DNA of 64,000 nt from Alphaproteobacteria bacterium (GTDB lineage Bacteria; Pseudomonadota; Alphaproteobacteria; SHVV01), in the NCBI GenBank assembly GCA_965261735.1, contig OZ253470.1:4032001-4096000 (forward strand), in the 5' to 3' direction. Positions 9,485 through 21,152 of the stretch are shown one piece after another. Positions within the stretch are counted from its first letter, which is position 1, and every line of letters begins with the position of its first letter. The notes beneath the pieces were generated by a model. The model worked only from the letters and a program-made list of their open reading frames with translations. It had not been told where the DNA came from and made no database searches. The translations under genes and the position numbers were made by a program.

Positions 9485-10378
9485 CTACAGCTCGCTCGAG
9501 CGCACCACCATCATCTTCTCGATCTGCATGTCGTGCATCGTGTGGTGGATGCCGCCCACGCCGTGCCCTGACTGGCGCAGGCCCGCGAACGGCATCCAGT
9601 CGACGCGGAACGCGGTGTGGTCGTTGACCATGACGGCGCTCGCCTCGAGGCGCCGGTAGGCGCGCAGCGCCACGTCCAGGCTGCGTGTACAGACGGCGGC
9701 CTGGAAGGCGAACGGCAGCGCGTTGGCGCGCGCGATCTCCTCATCGATGTCGCTGTAGGGATAGACGCAGATCACGGGACCGAAGATCTCGGCGAGGCTC
9801 ACCTTTGCGTCGGCGGGCGGATCGTAGAGGACCGTGCACTCGTAGCACGAGTCCGACAGCTTCTTGCCGCCGCTCAGAATCTCCGCGCCTGCGCCCGCGG
9901 CCGCGCTCACCCACTCGTGCACGCGCTCGACCTCGCGATGGCGGATCAGCGGGCCGACCTCGGTCTCGGCCATGGTCGGATCGCCGACGACCATGGCGCG
10001 GCCGCCGTCCGCGAGCCGCACCGCCATGTCGCGGGCGACGCTCTCGTGGACGAACATGCGCTGCACCGAAACGCATACCTGTCCTGCATGATAGAAGCCG
10101 CCCTTGAGTAGTAGGGGTGCGACGTCGTCGAGGTCGGCGTCGGCGGCCACGATCACCGGTGCCGCGCCACCGTGTTCGAGTGCACACCGCGTGCCGGGCG
10201 CGAGCTTCGAGCGCAGATACCAGCCGACGCCGGCGCTGCCGATGAAGCTGAAGAAGGCGACCCTGGGGTCTGTTACCAGCTTCTCGGCCGCCTCGAGATC
10301 GCTCGTCGGGCCCGCCTGGCACCAGGCTTCCGGGAGCCCGGCCTCGCGCAGGATCTGGGCGAGCCTACCGGTCCTCAC
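9485..10378 (-). pseudogene. aldehyde dehydrogenase, N-terminally truncated
   Basis: FIGS, LEHGG, AGQVCVS catalytic Cys, EIFGP, MPFAG; only 297 aa and begins at LAQILREAGLP, i.e. mid NAD-binding domain. Confidence 0.75.
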
Positions 10379-10464
10379 GGGTAGGGCCGGCGCGGGTGCA
10401 ATTGACCGTGCGCGGGGGCACTGGGTAAGGTGTGGCCCGTCGATTCCGCAAGGAAAGTATCGTC

Positions 10465-11577
<1,113 letters not shown>

Positions 11578-11583
11578 GCCGCG

Positions 11584-12288
11584 ATGCCGAGTGTCTTCAT
11601 AACCGGGGCGAACCGCGGTCTAGGGCTCGAATTCGCCCGCCAGTATGCCGCCGACGGGTGGCGCGTGGTGGCGACCTGCCGCGAGCCCGAATCGGCCTCA
11701 GGGCTCGCGGGCGTGGCGGGCGACATCGCGATCCACCGGCTCGACGTTGCCGACTTCGCGCGAATCGATGCGCTCGCGGCCGAGCTCGCGGGACAGCCGA
11801 TCGACCTGACTATTCTCAATGCCGGTCTCAACAAGCGGCCCGCCGGGCTCGGCGAAATGGACTACGAGGCTTGGGCCGACATCCTGCGCGTCAACACCAT
11901 GGCGCCGCTCAAGATCGTCGATGCCTTCCTCGACCACATCACGCGAAGCGAGCACAAGCTCGTCGTCGCCATCACGAGCACGCTCGGGAGCATCGGACGG
12001 GTCGCGGCCGATGAGCGCACCTATCTTCTGCGCGGCCCGGTCTATCCCTACCGCACCAGCAAGGCGGCCCTGAACGCCGTCATCAAGATCCTGTCGGTCG
12101 AGCTCGAACCGCGCGGCGTCACCGCCGTTACCGTGAATCCGGGCTGGGTCAGGACCGATATGGGCGGCGCCGACGCGACATTGGCGCCGGCCGAGAGCAT
12201 AACCCCGCTGCGCCAGCTCTTCGCATCGATCACGCGCGCCGACAGCGGAAAGTTCCTTGACTATGACGGCTCGGTCCTGCCGTGGTGA
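11584..12288 (+). CDS. short-chain dehydrogenase (CsgA/C-factor-like)
   Basis: ITGANRGLG, NAG, YRTSKAALN, PGWVRTDMGG. Confidence 0.9.
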   Translation: MPSVFITGANRGLGLEFARQYAADGWRVVATCREPESASGLAGVAGDIAIHRLDVADFARIDALAAELAGQPIDLTILNAGLNKRPAGLGEMDYEAWADILRVNTMAPLKIVDAFLDHITRSEHKLVVAITSTLGSIGRVAADERTYLLRGPVYPYRTSKAALNAVIKILSVELEPRGVTAVTVNPGWVRTDMGGADATLAPAESITPLRQLFASITRADSGKFLDYDGSVLPW

Positions 12289-12328
12289 GCGGCGGCGGCG
12301 GGCGACCAACAGGGGAGGGACCCAGGTC

Positions 12329-12724
12329 ATGACGAAAAAGACGGTAGTTCCGGTGGACGCACTCGCGAAGCCTCGCGGCGTCTGGTCCACGGCGATCGTA
12401 TCCGAGCCGCGCCAGCTCGCCTTTATCTGCGGACTCATCGCCCGCAACAAGGACGGTCAACTCGTGGGCAAGGGCGACATGGGGGCGCAGACGCGGCAGG
12501 TGTGCGAGAACCTGAAGGCCGCGGTGGAGGCCACAGGCGGTACCCTCGCCGACCTCGTGCGGGTCGATGTCTACACCACCGACGTGGAGGAGTTTGACAC
12601 CATCCACGCGGTGCGCCGCGAGTACTTCCCCGACGAGCCACCGGTTTCGACCATGGTTGAAATCAGCCGCCTCGTCGACAAGGATGCGCTGATCGAGATC
12701 AACGCCATCGCGGTGCTGCGCTGA
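12329..12724 (+). CDS. RidA/YjgF family protein lacking the catalytic Arg
   Basis: AFICG, QTRQVCENL, RREYF..PPVSTMVEI, LIEINAIAV. Confidence 0.9.
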   Translation: MTKKTVVPVDALAKPRGVWSTAIVSEPRQLAFICGLIARNKDGQLVGKGDMGAQTRQVCENLKAAVEATGGTLADLVRVDVYTTDVEEFDTIHAVRREYFPDEPPVSTMVEISRLVDKDALIEINAIAVLR

Positions 12725-12755
12725 CGGCTCGTGGGCGCGGCGAGGAGGAGCCGAC

Positions 12756-13571
12756 ATGATCACCTATCCCTTTGGCGTTGGCGCGCTCAAGACCCGTGTC
12801 ATCGAGGCAGGCACCGGTGATGCCACGGTCGTTCTGATCCATGGGGTCGCCGCCCGCGCGGACCGCTGGCGCGCCAACCTCGACGTGATCGCCGACGCCG
12901 GCTTCCACTGCTACGCTATCGACATGCCGGGTCACGGCTTCGCCGACAAGAAGCCGGACTTCCCCTACGGCGTACCCGGGTTCGCGGGGTTCGTGGGCGA
13001 GTTCCTCGACGCCATCGGCTGTCAGAAGACCATCCTTGTCGGCACCTCGCTGGGCGGGCATACCTCGGCCATGTTCACGTGCCGCAACCCCGATCGCGTG
13101 CGCGCGCTCGTCCTCGTCGGTGCGACCGGGCTGTTTCGGCTCGGCGAAGAGGCGCGGCTCAACATCAGCAAGCGCATCAAGGACACCGACCGTGACGGTA
13201 TCGCCTCCAAACTGAGCCACGTCGTGCATGACGATACCGCGCTGGTGACCGAGGCCTGGATCGACGAGGAGACCCGCATCAATAACTCGCCGGGCGCCGC
13301 GGCGGCATTCGAGGGTCTGTCGCGCTACTTCGCGACCCGGCTCGACGAGGACGCGGTCGGTGAGGAGCTCGCGAGCCATGCCGGAAGCATTCCGATGCTG
13401 TTGGTCTGGGGCACCGAGGACCGCTCTGTGCCGCTGTCAGTCGGTGAAAAGGCCGCCGAGATTCTCGGCGCGCCATTGAAACGAATGGAGCGCGCGGCGC
13501 ACGCCCCCTATTTCGAGAAACCCGACGAGTTCAACGAGGCGGTCATCGGCTTCCTCAAGGGCCTTGCGTGA
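12756..13571 (+). CDS. alpha/beta hydrolase (meta-cleavage hydrolase-like)
   Basis: LIHG, DMPGHG, GTSLG, WGTED, AAHAPY. Confidence 0.85.
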   Translation: MITYPFGVGALKTRVIEAGTGDATVVLIHGVAARADRWRANLDVIADAGFHCYAIDMPGHGFADKKPDFPYGVPGFAGFVGEFLDAIGCQKTILVGTSLGGHTSAMFTCRNPDRVRALVLVGATGLFRLGEEARLNISKRIKDTDRDGIASKLSHVVHDDTALVTEAWIDEETRINNSPGAAAAFEGLSRYFATRLDEDAVGEELASHAGSIPMLLVWGTEDRSVPLSVGEKAAEILGAPLKRMERAAHAPYFEKPDEFNEAVIGFLKGLA

Positions 13572-14794
13572 CGGGCGAGCCCCGGATTGTCATCGTCGGT
13601 GCCGGCCAGGCCGGCGGCAACGCGGCTTTCGCCCTCAGGGCGGCCGGCTACGAGGGCGCCGTCGTCGTCGTTGGCGAGGAGCCGCACCCTCCTTACGAGC
13701 GCCCGCCGCTGTCGAAAGCCGTCCTGACCCGTGAGCGCGAGGTCGTGACGACTCGCCTCCGACCCGACGAGGCCTACGGCGAGCACGACATCACGCTCCG
13801 GCTCGGGTTGCGCTGCGAGGCCATCGAGCGTACCGCCAAGCGAGTGGTGCTCGCCGATGGCACGCACCTCGCCTACGACAAGTTGATGCTGGCGACGGGT
13901 GCCCGCGTCCGCCGGCTCTCTGTGCCCGGGGTCGAGCTCGAGGGGGTTCACTATCTTCGCGACATCGCCGACTGCGCCGCGATCCGCGGCTCGCTCGAGC
14001 GCGGGCGTCGGGTGGTGGTCGTCGGCGCCGGCTACATCGGCCTCGAGGTCGCCGCGAGCGCGCACAAGATGGGCGCCGAGGTCGTGGTGCTCGAGGTCAC
14101 GAGCCTGCCCATCAACCGCGTCGTGGCGCCGGAGATGAGCCGATACTTTCTCGACCTCCACGCGCGCCACGGAGTCACCATACACACCGGCGTGTCGGTC
14201 GCGGCCATCGAAGGCGAGGGCCGCGTTGCCGCCGTCGTCACGACAGAGGGCGATCGGCTGCCGGCGGACGCCGTCGTGATCGGCGTCGGCATCGTGCCCA
14301 ACGACGAGCTCGCATCGGCCGCGGGACTCGACGTCGAGGACGGCATGGTGGTCGATGAGCTCGGCCGCACGAACGATGCCGACATCTTCGCGGCTGGCGA
14401 TGCGACCCGGCACTTCAACCCGTTCCTCGGCCGCAGCCTGCGCCTCGAATCGTGGCAAAACGCCCAGAACCAAGCGATCGCCGTCGCCAAGGCGATGGTG
14501 GGCGGCGAGGAGGCGTACGCGGAAGTCCCCTGGTTCTGGTCGGATCAGTACGACGTCAACCTGCAGATCGTCGGTGCGCCGCAGCACTGGGATCAGGCGG
14601 TCCGCCGCGACGGCACCGGCGAGGATCAGTTCACGCTGCTCTATCTCGACCGCGGCGTGCTCGTCGCCGCCAACACGATCAACCAGGGCCGCGACATTCG
14701 CCCGAGCCGGCAGCTGATCGCGTCGAAGCGTGCGCTTGATACGGGTGCGCTCGCCGACCCGGCCGTGAAGCTCGGCGATCTCGCTCGCGGCTGA
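13568..14794 (+). CDS. GR-type ferredoxin reductase of a Rieske oxygenase system (HcaD-like)
   Basis: GAGQAG, PYERPPLSK, GAGYIGLE, AAGD, RLESWQNA, PWFWSDQY. Confidence 0.93.
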   Translation: MTGEPRIVIVGAGQAGGNAAFALRAAGYEGAVVVVGEEPHPPYERPPLSKAVLTREREVVTTRLRPDEAYGEHDITLRLGLRCEAIERTAKRVVLADGTHLAYDKLMLATGARVRRLSVPGVELEGVHYLRDIADCAAIRGSLERGRRVVVVGAGYIGLEVAASAHKMGAEVVVLEVTSLPINRVVAPEMSRYFLDLHARHGVTIHTGVSVAAIEGEGRVAAVVTTEGDRLPADAVVIGVGIVPNDELASAAGLDVEDGMVVDELGRTNDADIFAAGDATRHFNPFLGRSLRLESWQNAQNQAIAVAKAMVGGEEAYAEVPWFWSDQYDVNLQIVGAPQHWDQAVRRDGTGEDQFTLLYLDRGVLVAANTINQGRDIRPSRQLIASKRALDTGALADPAVKLGDLARG

Positions 14795-14797
14795 TGG

Positions 14798-15121
14798 CTA
14801 GCTGTTGGCGGTGCCGCTGACCAGTACGTCGCCGCCCTCGACCTTGACCGCGTAGGTGGCGATGTCCTCGGTGACGGGAGCCGACAGGGCCTTGCCGGTC
14901 TTGATGTTGAAGCAGCCCTGGTGCAGCGGGCACTCGATGACGTCGCCGTCGAGGTAGCCGTCCGCGAGCGAGGCCAGCTCGTGCGTGCAGATGTCGTGGG
15001 TGGCGAAAAACTCACCATCGAGGTTGTACAGCGTGATCGGCTGTCCATTCACCACCACGCGACGCATGTCGTTGGTCGGGAAGTCCGCTGCTGAGGCCAC
15101 GCGGCGCCAGTCGTCAGCCAT
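14798..15121 (-). CDS. Rieske-type ferredoxin
   Basis: CTH...CPLH [2Fe-2S] motif; 107 aa. Confidence 0.95.
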   Translation of the reverse strand: MADDWRRVASAADFPTNDMRRVVVNGQPITLYNLDGEFFATHDICTHELASLADGYLDGDVIECPLHQGCFNIKTGKALSAPVTEDIATYAVKVEGGDVLVSGTANS

Positions 15122-15203
15122 GAGTGTGTCCCGTCGTTAACGCGACGCAGTTTCTCCACCGCCGAGCCATAACAGACTGCATCCGGCTCGGCAAACTGGA
15201 GCC

Positions 15204-15677
15204 CTAGAGCGGCGTCGACAGCAGGTTGGGCACCGCGTAGGTATCGATGGTGACGACCTTCTCCTTGAACTTGGGCTCGCCGTCGACCAGCACGACCTGG
15301 TCGTCGTACTTGCCGGCGCTGAAGAGCTGGGTCTGGCCCTCAAGGTCGGTCTGGAACACGACGAAGTTGGAGACCATGCGGTAGACGCCGTTGTCACCTT
15401 CGAACACGCGCGCGTTGCTCACGATGTGGCGGTCGAAGTGAAGGTTGAAGACGACGGCGTTGCGCAGCACCAATACGCGGTCGTGCAACATGTCCTTGTT
15501 GTCGCAGTAGACGATGGCGAGCGACAGGCCGCGGTCGGTATTCTCGCGCGGCACGATCTTGTACATGCAGTCGTCGACGAAGAAATCCGGCCACTGCTCG
15601 AGGCGGTCGTCATCGATGCATTGCACATAATCATAGAGCAGATTGATGATCTGGTCCGTCACGTCGCCGGCTGCCAT
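15204..15677 (-). CDS. aromatic ring-hydroxylating oxygenase beta subunit (NagH-like)
   Basis: YVQCIDDDRLEQWPDFF, PREN, MLHDRV, GKYDD, PNLLSTPL; ATG 15677. Confidence 0.9.
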   Translation of the reverse strand: MAAGDVTDQIINLLYDYVQCIDDDRLEQWPDFFVDDCMYKIVPRENTDRGLSLAIVYCDNKDMLHDRVLVLRNAVVFNLHFDRHIVSNARVFEGDNGVYRMVSNFVVFQTDLEGQTQLFSAGKYDDQVVLVDGEPKFKEKVVTIDTYAVPNLLSTPL

Positions 15678-16942
15678 GCGGCCTTCCCCTTCGTTCGATA
15701 TTCCATGAGGTGGCAGTAGTAGCGCCAGAAGCCGCGCACAGGTACTTCCGTGATCAGGTTCTCCTGATCCTCGATGGCGCCGGTGCCGCCCATCTCGATC
15801 ACCGAGTGCCGGCCGCGCCCGCCCTGGATCACCCGCTGAATGGCCGCGCCCGCTTCGCCGTCCTCGACCGAGACGAGACCGGCCGGGCCGACGAGGTTGG
15901 CCTGGCGGATGCGCATGAGGCGGAGCGCCGGGTCGTCGTCGACGTAGCCGAAATAGGTCCAGTAAAGTTCGAACGCGCCCGACCCCTTGGGGCGAATCTG
16001 TCGCGTCGCGAGCGTGTTGGTGAGGCGCTGGAAGAACACGCTCGGGAACAGCGCCATCATCATGATCGGTCGCCGGTCCCCTTCCTCGTCGCGCCATTCG
16101 ACCAGGGTCGGATCCTCGAGCCTGAGGCTCTCGTTATCGATACCGAGATCGCGCAGGTCCTGGCGTCCCTCCGCTTCGGCGTCGCCTTCGTCGCTGTCGT
16201 CGATGTTGAAAACGATGCGGTGGCGGCCATGGCGGTCCATGATCGAGCCGCCGGCCTGCGTACTGCGCATGATTCCGAAGGTGGTCTGGAACTGGTGCAG
16301 GAGACCCGCATGGTAGGAATCCATGAGGTTCTCGAAATACAGCTTCCAGTTCGCCGGGATATTCTGGCGCATGTAGCCGATGACCTCGACCGGGCGCGCG
16401 AACATGCCGTCGAGGAAGCCGCGCATGGGCTCGTCGAGATACGCCTCGAGCGGCTCGACCGCGTGATCGAAGGACCCGAAGATGACGCCGCGGTAAGCGG
16501 CGACGGTGAGCGTCTGCAGGCCGTGATCCGCGCGGTCGAAGTCCTCGGGCATCCCGCCCTTGCCCTTCAGCCCGCGCTGAAAGGGCACGCCGATCAGGTT
16601 GCCCTCCAGGTCGTAACACCAATGGTGATAGATGCAGGTATGGCTCGTGCGGTTGCCGCAACGCTCGCGAACGAGCTGGGTACCGCGGTGAGCGCAGCGG
16701 TTGGCGAAGGCATGGAGGCTGCCGTCGCCGGCCCGGTTGACAACGATCGGGCTGTCGCCGACGAAGGTCGTGAGAAAATCCCCGGGCTTGGGAATTTCCG
16801 CTTCGAGCGCGAGATAGCACCACACGGGTCCGCGGAAGACGCGCGCCTGCTCCTTGGCATAGACCTCGTCGTCGGCGAACACCCGGTAAGGCACGCGGCT
16901 GAAATCCGGCGCCGGCCATGTCATGGAATCGTGTTCTGCCAT
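15659..16942 (-). CDS. Rieske oxygenase alpha subunit (NagG/salicylate 5-hydroxylase-like), paralogue 1
   Basis: NRCAHRG..CIYH Rieske site; NWKLYFEN..DSYHAGLLH and EDGE iron ligands; RGFWRYY tail. Confidence 0.92.
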   Translation of the reverse strand: MAEHDSMTWPAPDFSRVPYRVFADDEVYAKEQARVFRGPVWCYLALEAEIPKPGDFLTTFVGDSPIVVNRAGDGSLHAFANRCAHRGTQLVRERCGNRTSHTCIYHHWCYDLEGNLIGVPFQRGLKGKGGMPEDFDRADHGLQTLTVAAYRGVIFGSFDHAVEPLEAYLDEPMRGFLDGMFARPVEVIGYMRQNIPANWKLYFENLMDSYHAGLLHQFQTTFGIMRSTQAGGSIMDRHGRHRIVFNIDDSDEGDAEAEGRQDLRDLGIDNESLRLEDPTLVEWRDEEGDRRPIMMMALFPSVFFQRLTNTLATRQIRPKGSGAFELYWTYFGYVDDDPALRLMRIRQANLVGPAGLVSVEDGEAGAAIQRVIQGGRGRHSVIEMGGTGAIEDQENLITEVPVRGFWRYYCHLMEYRTKGKAAWQPAT

Positions 16943-17408
16943 GGCGTTGTCCGCCCACCTCGTGTATCGGCGTCGTCCTGGCGCGTGACGCCCAGCCCAT
17001 CAAACAGTGGCAATCTGGCGTCGCCCGGTCAAGGCGTTCCTCGGCGGCGCTTCCGCTGCCCGGGTGGTGCCTGCGCTCGGCCATAGGTCGTGGCATCGTC
17101 AGCCCAAAGCGGTGCGATTTCGCGTCTTGTCCGCAAGCCAACTTTGTGTAAACTACGCGCGTCGCCGCCGGGGTGGCCGCGCGGCGGTGCGGCTGGTCGC
17201 GGTAATCGTTAGCGGCGACACGGGCCGGACAGGGAGGTCGGGCGGTTTGTGAGCCGCCGCGGAGGGTGTGCCACAGGTCGCTGTTGTTTTCCGAGTCACG
17301 ATGGGATCAAGTGACGGTCGGCGCGCCCGCGGAGTTTCTTGATTGGCGAGGTGAGGCGGCTTGCGGCGCCAACAAATGGCCGCGGCATCGGAGGGTGCCG
17401 CGTCTTAA

Positions 17409-18221
17409 GTGGATACGAGCAAAATGACCTCAGTCGAGTCGTCGGTGACCTCAGCCAATGGCCAACACTTCCGTATGGAAGGGATCTCCAAGTCCTTTGG
17501 CGGTCTCGCTGCCCTCACGGACGTCTCGCTCAACATCAAGCAGGGAAGTATCCATGGGCTGATCGGCCCCAACGGCGCCGGTAAGACGACCCTCTTCAAC
17601 GTCATATCGGGCTTGGTCCGCGCCGACAGCGGTACCATGGCGATCGACGGCGAGCGCATCGATCAACTGCGTCCGCACCAGGTCTCGTCCAAGGGGATCG
17701 CGAGATCGTTCCAGGCGGTGCGGGTGTTTCGCAGCCTGTCCATTGTCGAGAACATCGAAGTCGCGAATGCCTCGCACATGAAGGCTTCGCTGGGCGGGAT
17801 ACTGAGCTGCTTCCCGAGTGAGCGGCACGAGCGACAAGTGTTGCGCGAAAGGGCCGAGGAGTTGCTAGCGACTCACGCCGATGGTCAACTCTACCCGCGC
17901 CGATTCGACCGGCCGACGGAACTCTCCACCGGCCAGCAGCGCTTACTCGAAATCATCCGCACCCTCATCAGCGACCCCAAGATCATTCTACTCGATGAGC
18001 CGACCGGCGGCCTCAATCCGGTGTGGATCACCGGCGTGATCGAACTCATCCGCAACATTCGCGATGCCGGCACGACGATTTTTATCATCGAACACAACAT
18101 GCCGGTGGTCATGGACATCGCAGATCAGGTAGCTGTACTTCATTTTGGGCGGGTGTTGGCCGACGGCCCGCCCGACGTCATTCGACGCGACCAGCGCGTG
18201 ATCGACGCTTATCTCGGCTAG
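17409..18221 (+). CDS. branched-chain amino acid-type ABC ATPase (LivG-like); start uncertain
   Basis: KSFGGL, GPNGAGKTT, LLDEP, IEHNM, VIDAYLG. Confidence 0.92.
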   Translation: MDTSKMTSVESSVTSANGQHFRMEGISKSFGGLAALTDVSLNIKQGSIHGLIGPNGAGKTTLFNVISGLVRADSGTMAIDGERIDQLRPHQVSSKGIARSFQAVRVFRSLSIVENIEVANASHMKASLGGILSCFPSERHERQVLRERAEELLATHADGQLYPRRFDRPTELSTGQQRLLEIIRTLISDPKIILLDEPTGGLNPVWITGVIELIRNIRDAGTTIFIIEHNMPVVMDIADQVAVLHFGRVLADGPPDVIRRDQRVIDAYLG

Positions 18222-18227
18222 GATGGC

Positions 18228-18986
18228 ATGATGGATCAAGGGTCGGACGAGGCGGTTCTGCGCGTCAAGGACCTTGACGTCTACTACGGCAGAATCCCGG
18301 CCGTGCAGGACGTTTCGCTTGAAGTGCGCAAGCACGAAATCGTCTCACTGCTCGGCCCCAACGGTGCCGGCAAGACGACCGTCCTCAAAGCCATAGTCGG
18401 CCTCCTCAAGCCGCGCAAGGGAACGATCGAATACCGCAAAGGCTCGGAGTGGATCGAGATTCAAAAGATGCCGGTTCACGAGCGCGCGGCCCTCGGCATC
18501 TTCACCGTGGCGGCGGTCGAAAACGTTCTGCCTCGCTTTACGGTCGAGGAAAACTTGCGCGTCGGCGCCTACATGCGCGGCGACAAGGAGGAGATCGAGC
18601 GCGACATCGAAGCCCAGTTCGAACGCTTTCCCATCCTCAAGGAACGCCGTAAGCAGTTGTCCGGCACCCTGAGCGGGGGCGAGCAGAAGATGCTGGCGAT
18701 CGCGCGCGCGCTCATGGGGCACCCCAAGTTCCTGCTCCTCGACGAGCCGTCGCTGGGCCTCGCGGGCAAGATCATGGAGGAAGTGTTCCAGATCATCACC
18801 GCGATCAACCGCGAGGAGGAGCTAGAGGCGCTGCTCGTCGAGCAGAACGTCAAGAAGGGCCTCGAAGTGTCGACACGCGCCTACATCATGCGCATCGGCG
18901 CCATCGATTTCGAGGCGCCGAGCGAAGAGCTGCTTCAGGACAATCGCATCGAGACCGCCTACTTCGGCGGTTCCGTGGAACGTTAA
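18228..18986 (+). CDS. branched-chain amino acid-type ABC ATPase (LivF-like)
   Basis: GPNGAGKTT, LSGGEQKMLAIARALM, LLDEPSLGL, VEQN. Confidence 0.93.
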   Translation: MMDQGSDEAVLRVKDLDVYYGRIPAVQDVSLEVRKHEIVSLLGPNGAGKTTVLKAIVGLLKPRKGTIEYRKGSEWIEIQKMPVHERAALGIFTVAAVENVLPRFTVEENLRVGAYMRGDKEEIERDIEAQFERFPILKERRKQLSGTLSGGEQKMLAIARALMGHPKFLLLDEPSLGLAGKIMEEVFQIITAINREEELEALLVEQNVKKGLEVSTRAYIMRIGAIDFEAPSEELLQDNRIETAYFGGSVER

Positions 18987-19006
18987 GCGCGGAAAGCGAG
19001 CACACG

Positions 19007-19927
19007 ATGGGTACATTCCTGCAGCAGGTGATCAACGGCCTCACCATCGGTGCGATCTACTCGCTGATCGCGTTGGGCTACAACCTCATCTACGGAATCG
19101 CCAACGTCCTGAGCTTCGCCCACGGGGCGCTGGTCATGGTCGGATCCTACGGCATGCTCTCGGCCCTGATCTATCTCGGCTTTTCGTACCCGCTCGCCAT
19201 TTTCTGCGGGCTCGGCTCGGCGGTGGTGGTCGGCTACTTCGTCGAACGCCTCACGATACGGCCGGTGATTGCGCGCGGCGGTACCTGGGGCGTCATCATC
19301 TCGACCATCGGCGCGGCCCTGTTCATCCAGTTCACCGTGCGGCGCTTTACCAGGGGCCGGCCCGAGCCCTTCCCCGTCCCGTTCGAGCCCTTCTATGTCG
19401 ATCTGCCGTGGGGCGCACGGGTCTCGTCCATGCAGCTCGCCCTCATGGCGTCGGGACTTATCCTGCTGGCGCTGCTATGGGTCATCATCTACCGCACCAA
19501 GCTCGGCACCGCGATCCGCGCGATCGCGCAGAGTCCGGACATCTCGAGCTGCCTCGGCATGAACCGGATGCGCATCCAGTTCTACACCTTCACGATCGCG
19601 TCCCTGATCGCGGGGGCCTCGGGCATTCTCTACAGCGTTTACTATGGCGCGACCTACGTCTTCATGGGCCTCACCCTCGGGTTGAAGGGGCTCGTGGTCA
19701 TGAAGGTCGCCGGCATCGGTCACCTGCCAGGGTGCGTTGCCACCGGGATCATGCTCGGGCTGATCGAGGTGATGGTCGTCGGCTACGGCGATTCGACCTA
19801 CCGCGACTTTGTCGGCTACTCATGGCTGATTCTGGTGTTCATGATCAAACCACAGGGCATGTTCGGTGCGCGCGGGCGTGCGACCTTCGAGATAGGCGCG
19901 TCGGCCGCCGTTCGACCGATGAACTAG
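19007..19927 (+). CDS. ABC permease (LivH-like)
   Basis: QQVINGLTIGAIYSLIALGY, FAHG, RTKLGTAIRA. Confidence 0.93.
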   Translation: MGTFLQQVINGLTIGAIYSLIALGYNLIYGIANVLSFAHGALVMVGSYGMLSALIYLGFSYPLAIFCGLGSAVVVGYFVERLTIRPVIARGGTWGVIISTIGAALFIQFTVRRFTRGRPEPFPVPFEPFYVDLPWGARVSSMQLALMASGLILLALLWVIIYRTKLGTAIRAIAQSPDISSCLGMNRMRIQFYTFTIASLIAGASGILYSVYYGATYVFMGLTLGLKGLVVMKVAGIGHLPGCVATGIMLGLIEVMVVGYGDSTYRDFVGYSWLILVFMIKPQGMFGARGRATFEIGASAAVRPMN

Positions 19928-19981
19928 GATCGCAGCGAGATGCGCACATGCGCCCAGCACGTCGTCGTCAAGGTGTGAACC

Positions 19982-20947
19982 ATGGTTGATCTCTATAACG
20001 TCTTCGTCACGCAACACGTCTGGTTCCTGATCGACATCTTCGTCGATTACGGCGTGTTCCTGTGCCTGTCGCTGGGCTGCTACATCACCCTCATGTCGGG
20101 GCAGATTTCGATCGGCCACGGTGGCTTGGCGAGCGTCGGCGCTTATCTGACGGCGGTGCTTACCGTCAACTTCGGCGCGTCGGTATGGCTATCGATTCCG
20201 CTCGCCGGTTTGGCCGGCGCGGCGGCTGGATTGGTCATCGCCTACATGATGGCGCTGCGCCTTGAAGGCATGTACCTGGCCATCGGCACCTTCGCCTTCG
20301 GCGAGGGGCTCGCCGTATTCTGGCAGAACACCGACTATGTCGGCGGCGCGCTCGGCTTCGTACGCGTGCCGCAGGTGACCGATCTGGGGCTCATCCTGAT
20401 CGTCCTCGGCATCATCTCCTTCTTCCTGTGGCGCTTCGAGAAGTCGCACCTCGGTAGGGCATTTCGAGCCACCTTCGACGACGAGTGGACGGCGATGGCG
20501 ATGGGCGTGAACATCGATCGCGTCAAGATCTACGCCTGGGTGCTGGGCGGATTCATCACCGGTATTGGCGGCGCCCTGTACGCCCACAACCTGACCGTCG
20601 TGCGGCCCAACAATTTCATCTTCGACTACGCCGTGCTGATCCTGCTCGCGCCCTGCCTCGGTGGCTACTACACGTACTGGGGCACCTACATCGGGGCCGG
20701 CATCATCCAGTTCGCGCCGTGGATTCTCAACGTCACGGAGCCGCTCAACAAGCGCATCTTCTATTCGACGCTCTACATCATCATCATGGTCTGGCGGCCC
20801 GAGGGGATCGTCGGCCGGCAGGGCGTGGGAATGCCGCTGGTCCTGCGCAAGCTCTTCAAGCAAAAGTCGATCGACGAGATGAGGCACGATCGCGAGATCG
20901 TCGCCACCTGGGCCGACCGGTCGCGAGCGCGAAGGCAAACCGAATAG
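19982..20947 (+). CDS. ABC permease (LivM-like)
   Basis: [34 protein letters not shown]. Confidence 0.92.
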   Translation: MVDLYNVFVTQHVWFLIDIFVDYGVFLCLSLGCYITLMSGQISIGHGGLASVGAYLTAVLTVNFGASVWLSIPLAGLAGAAAGLVIAYMMALRLEGMYLAIGTFAFGEGLAVFWQNTDYVGGALGFVRVPQVTDLGLILIVLGIISFFLWRFEKSHLGRAFRATFDDEWTAMAMGVNIDRVKIYAWVLGGFITGIGGALYAHNLTVVRPNNFIFDYAVLILLAPCLGGYYTYWGTYIGAGIIQFAPWILNVTEPLNKRIFYSTLYIIIMVWRPEGIVGRQGVGMPLVLRKLFKQKSIDEMRHDREIVATWADRSRARRQTE

Positions 20948-21152
20948 CCGGCCCCGAGCGGGCCGCAGCCCGCTTGACCTGTCGCTGATCCGTAGGGACC
21001 GCTCCTATCCGGGCGGTTGAAACGGTCCTGGTTGGGGGCCGAAAGAACAGAACAACGCACGGCCGCCAGCGGACTGCCGCCGCGGCCGTGGCACAGGAGG
21101 ATGGCGGGGGCCGGCACGCCGGCTCGCGCCGCTCGCATACGGAGGACTGAAC

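Noticed and set aside
10379-10391. 13-bp reverse-complement match to sequence inside the IS256 right end, near the ALDH breakpoint
   Set aside because: GC-rich 13-mers match by chance in 64 kb, and it is not the terminal IR
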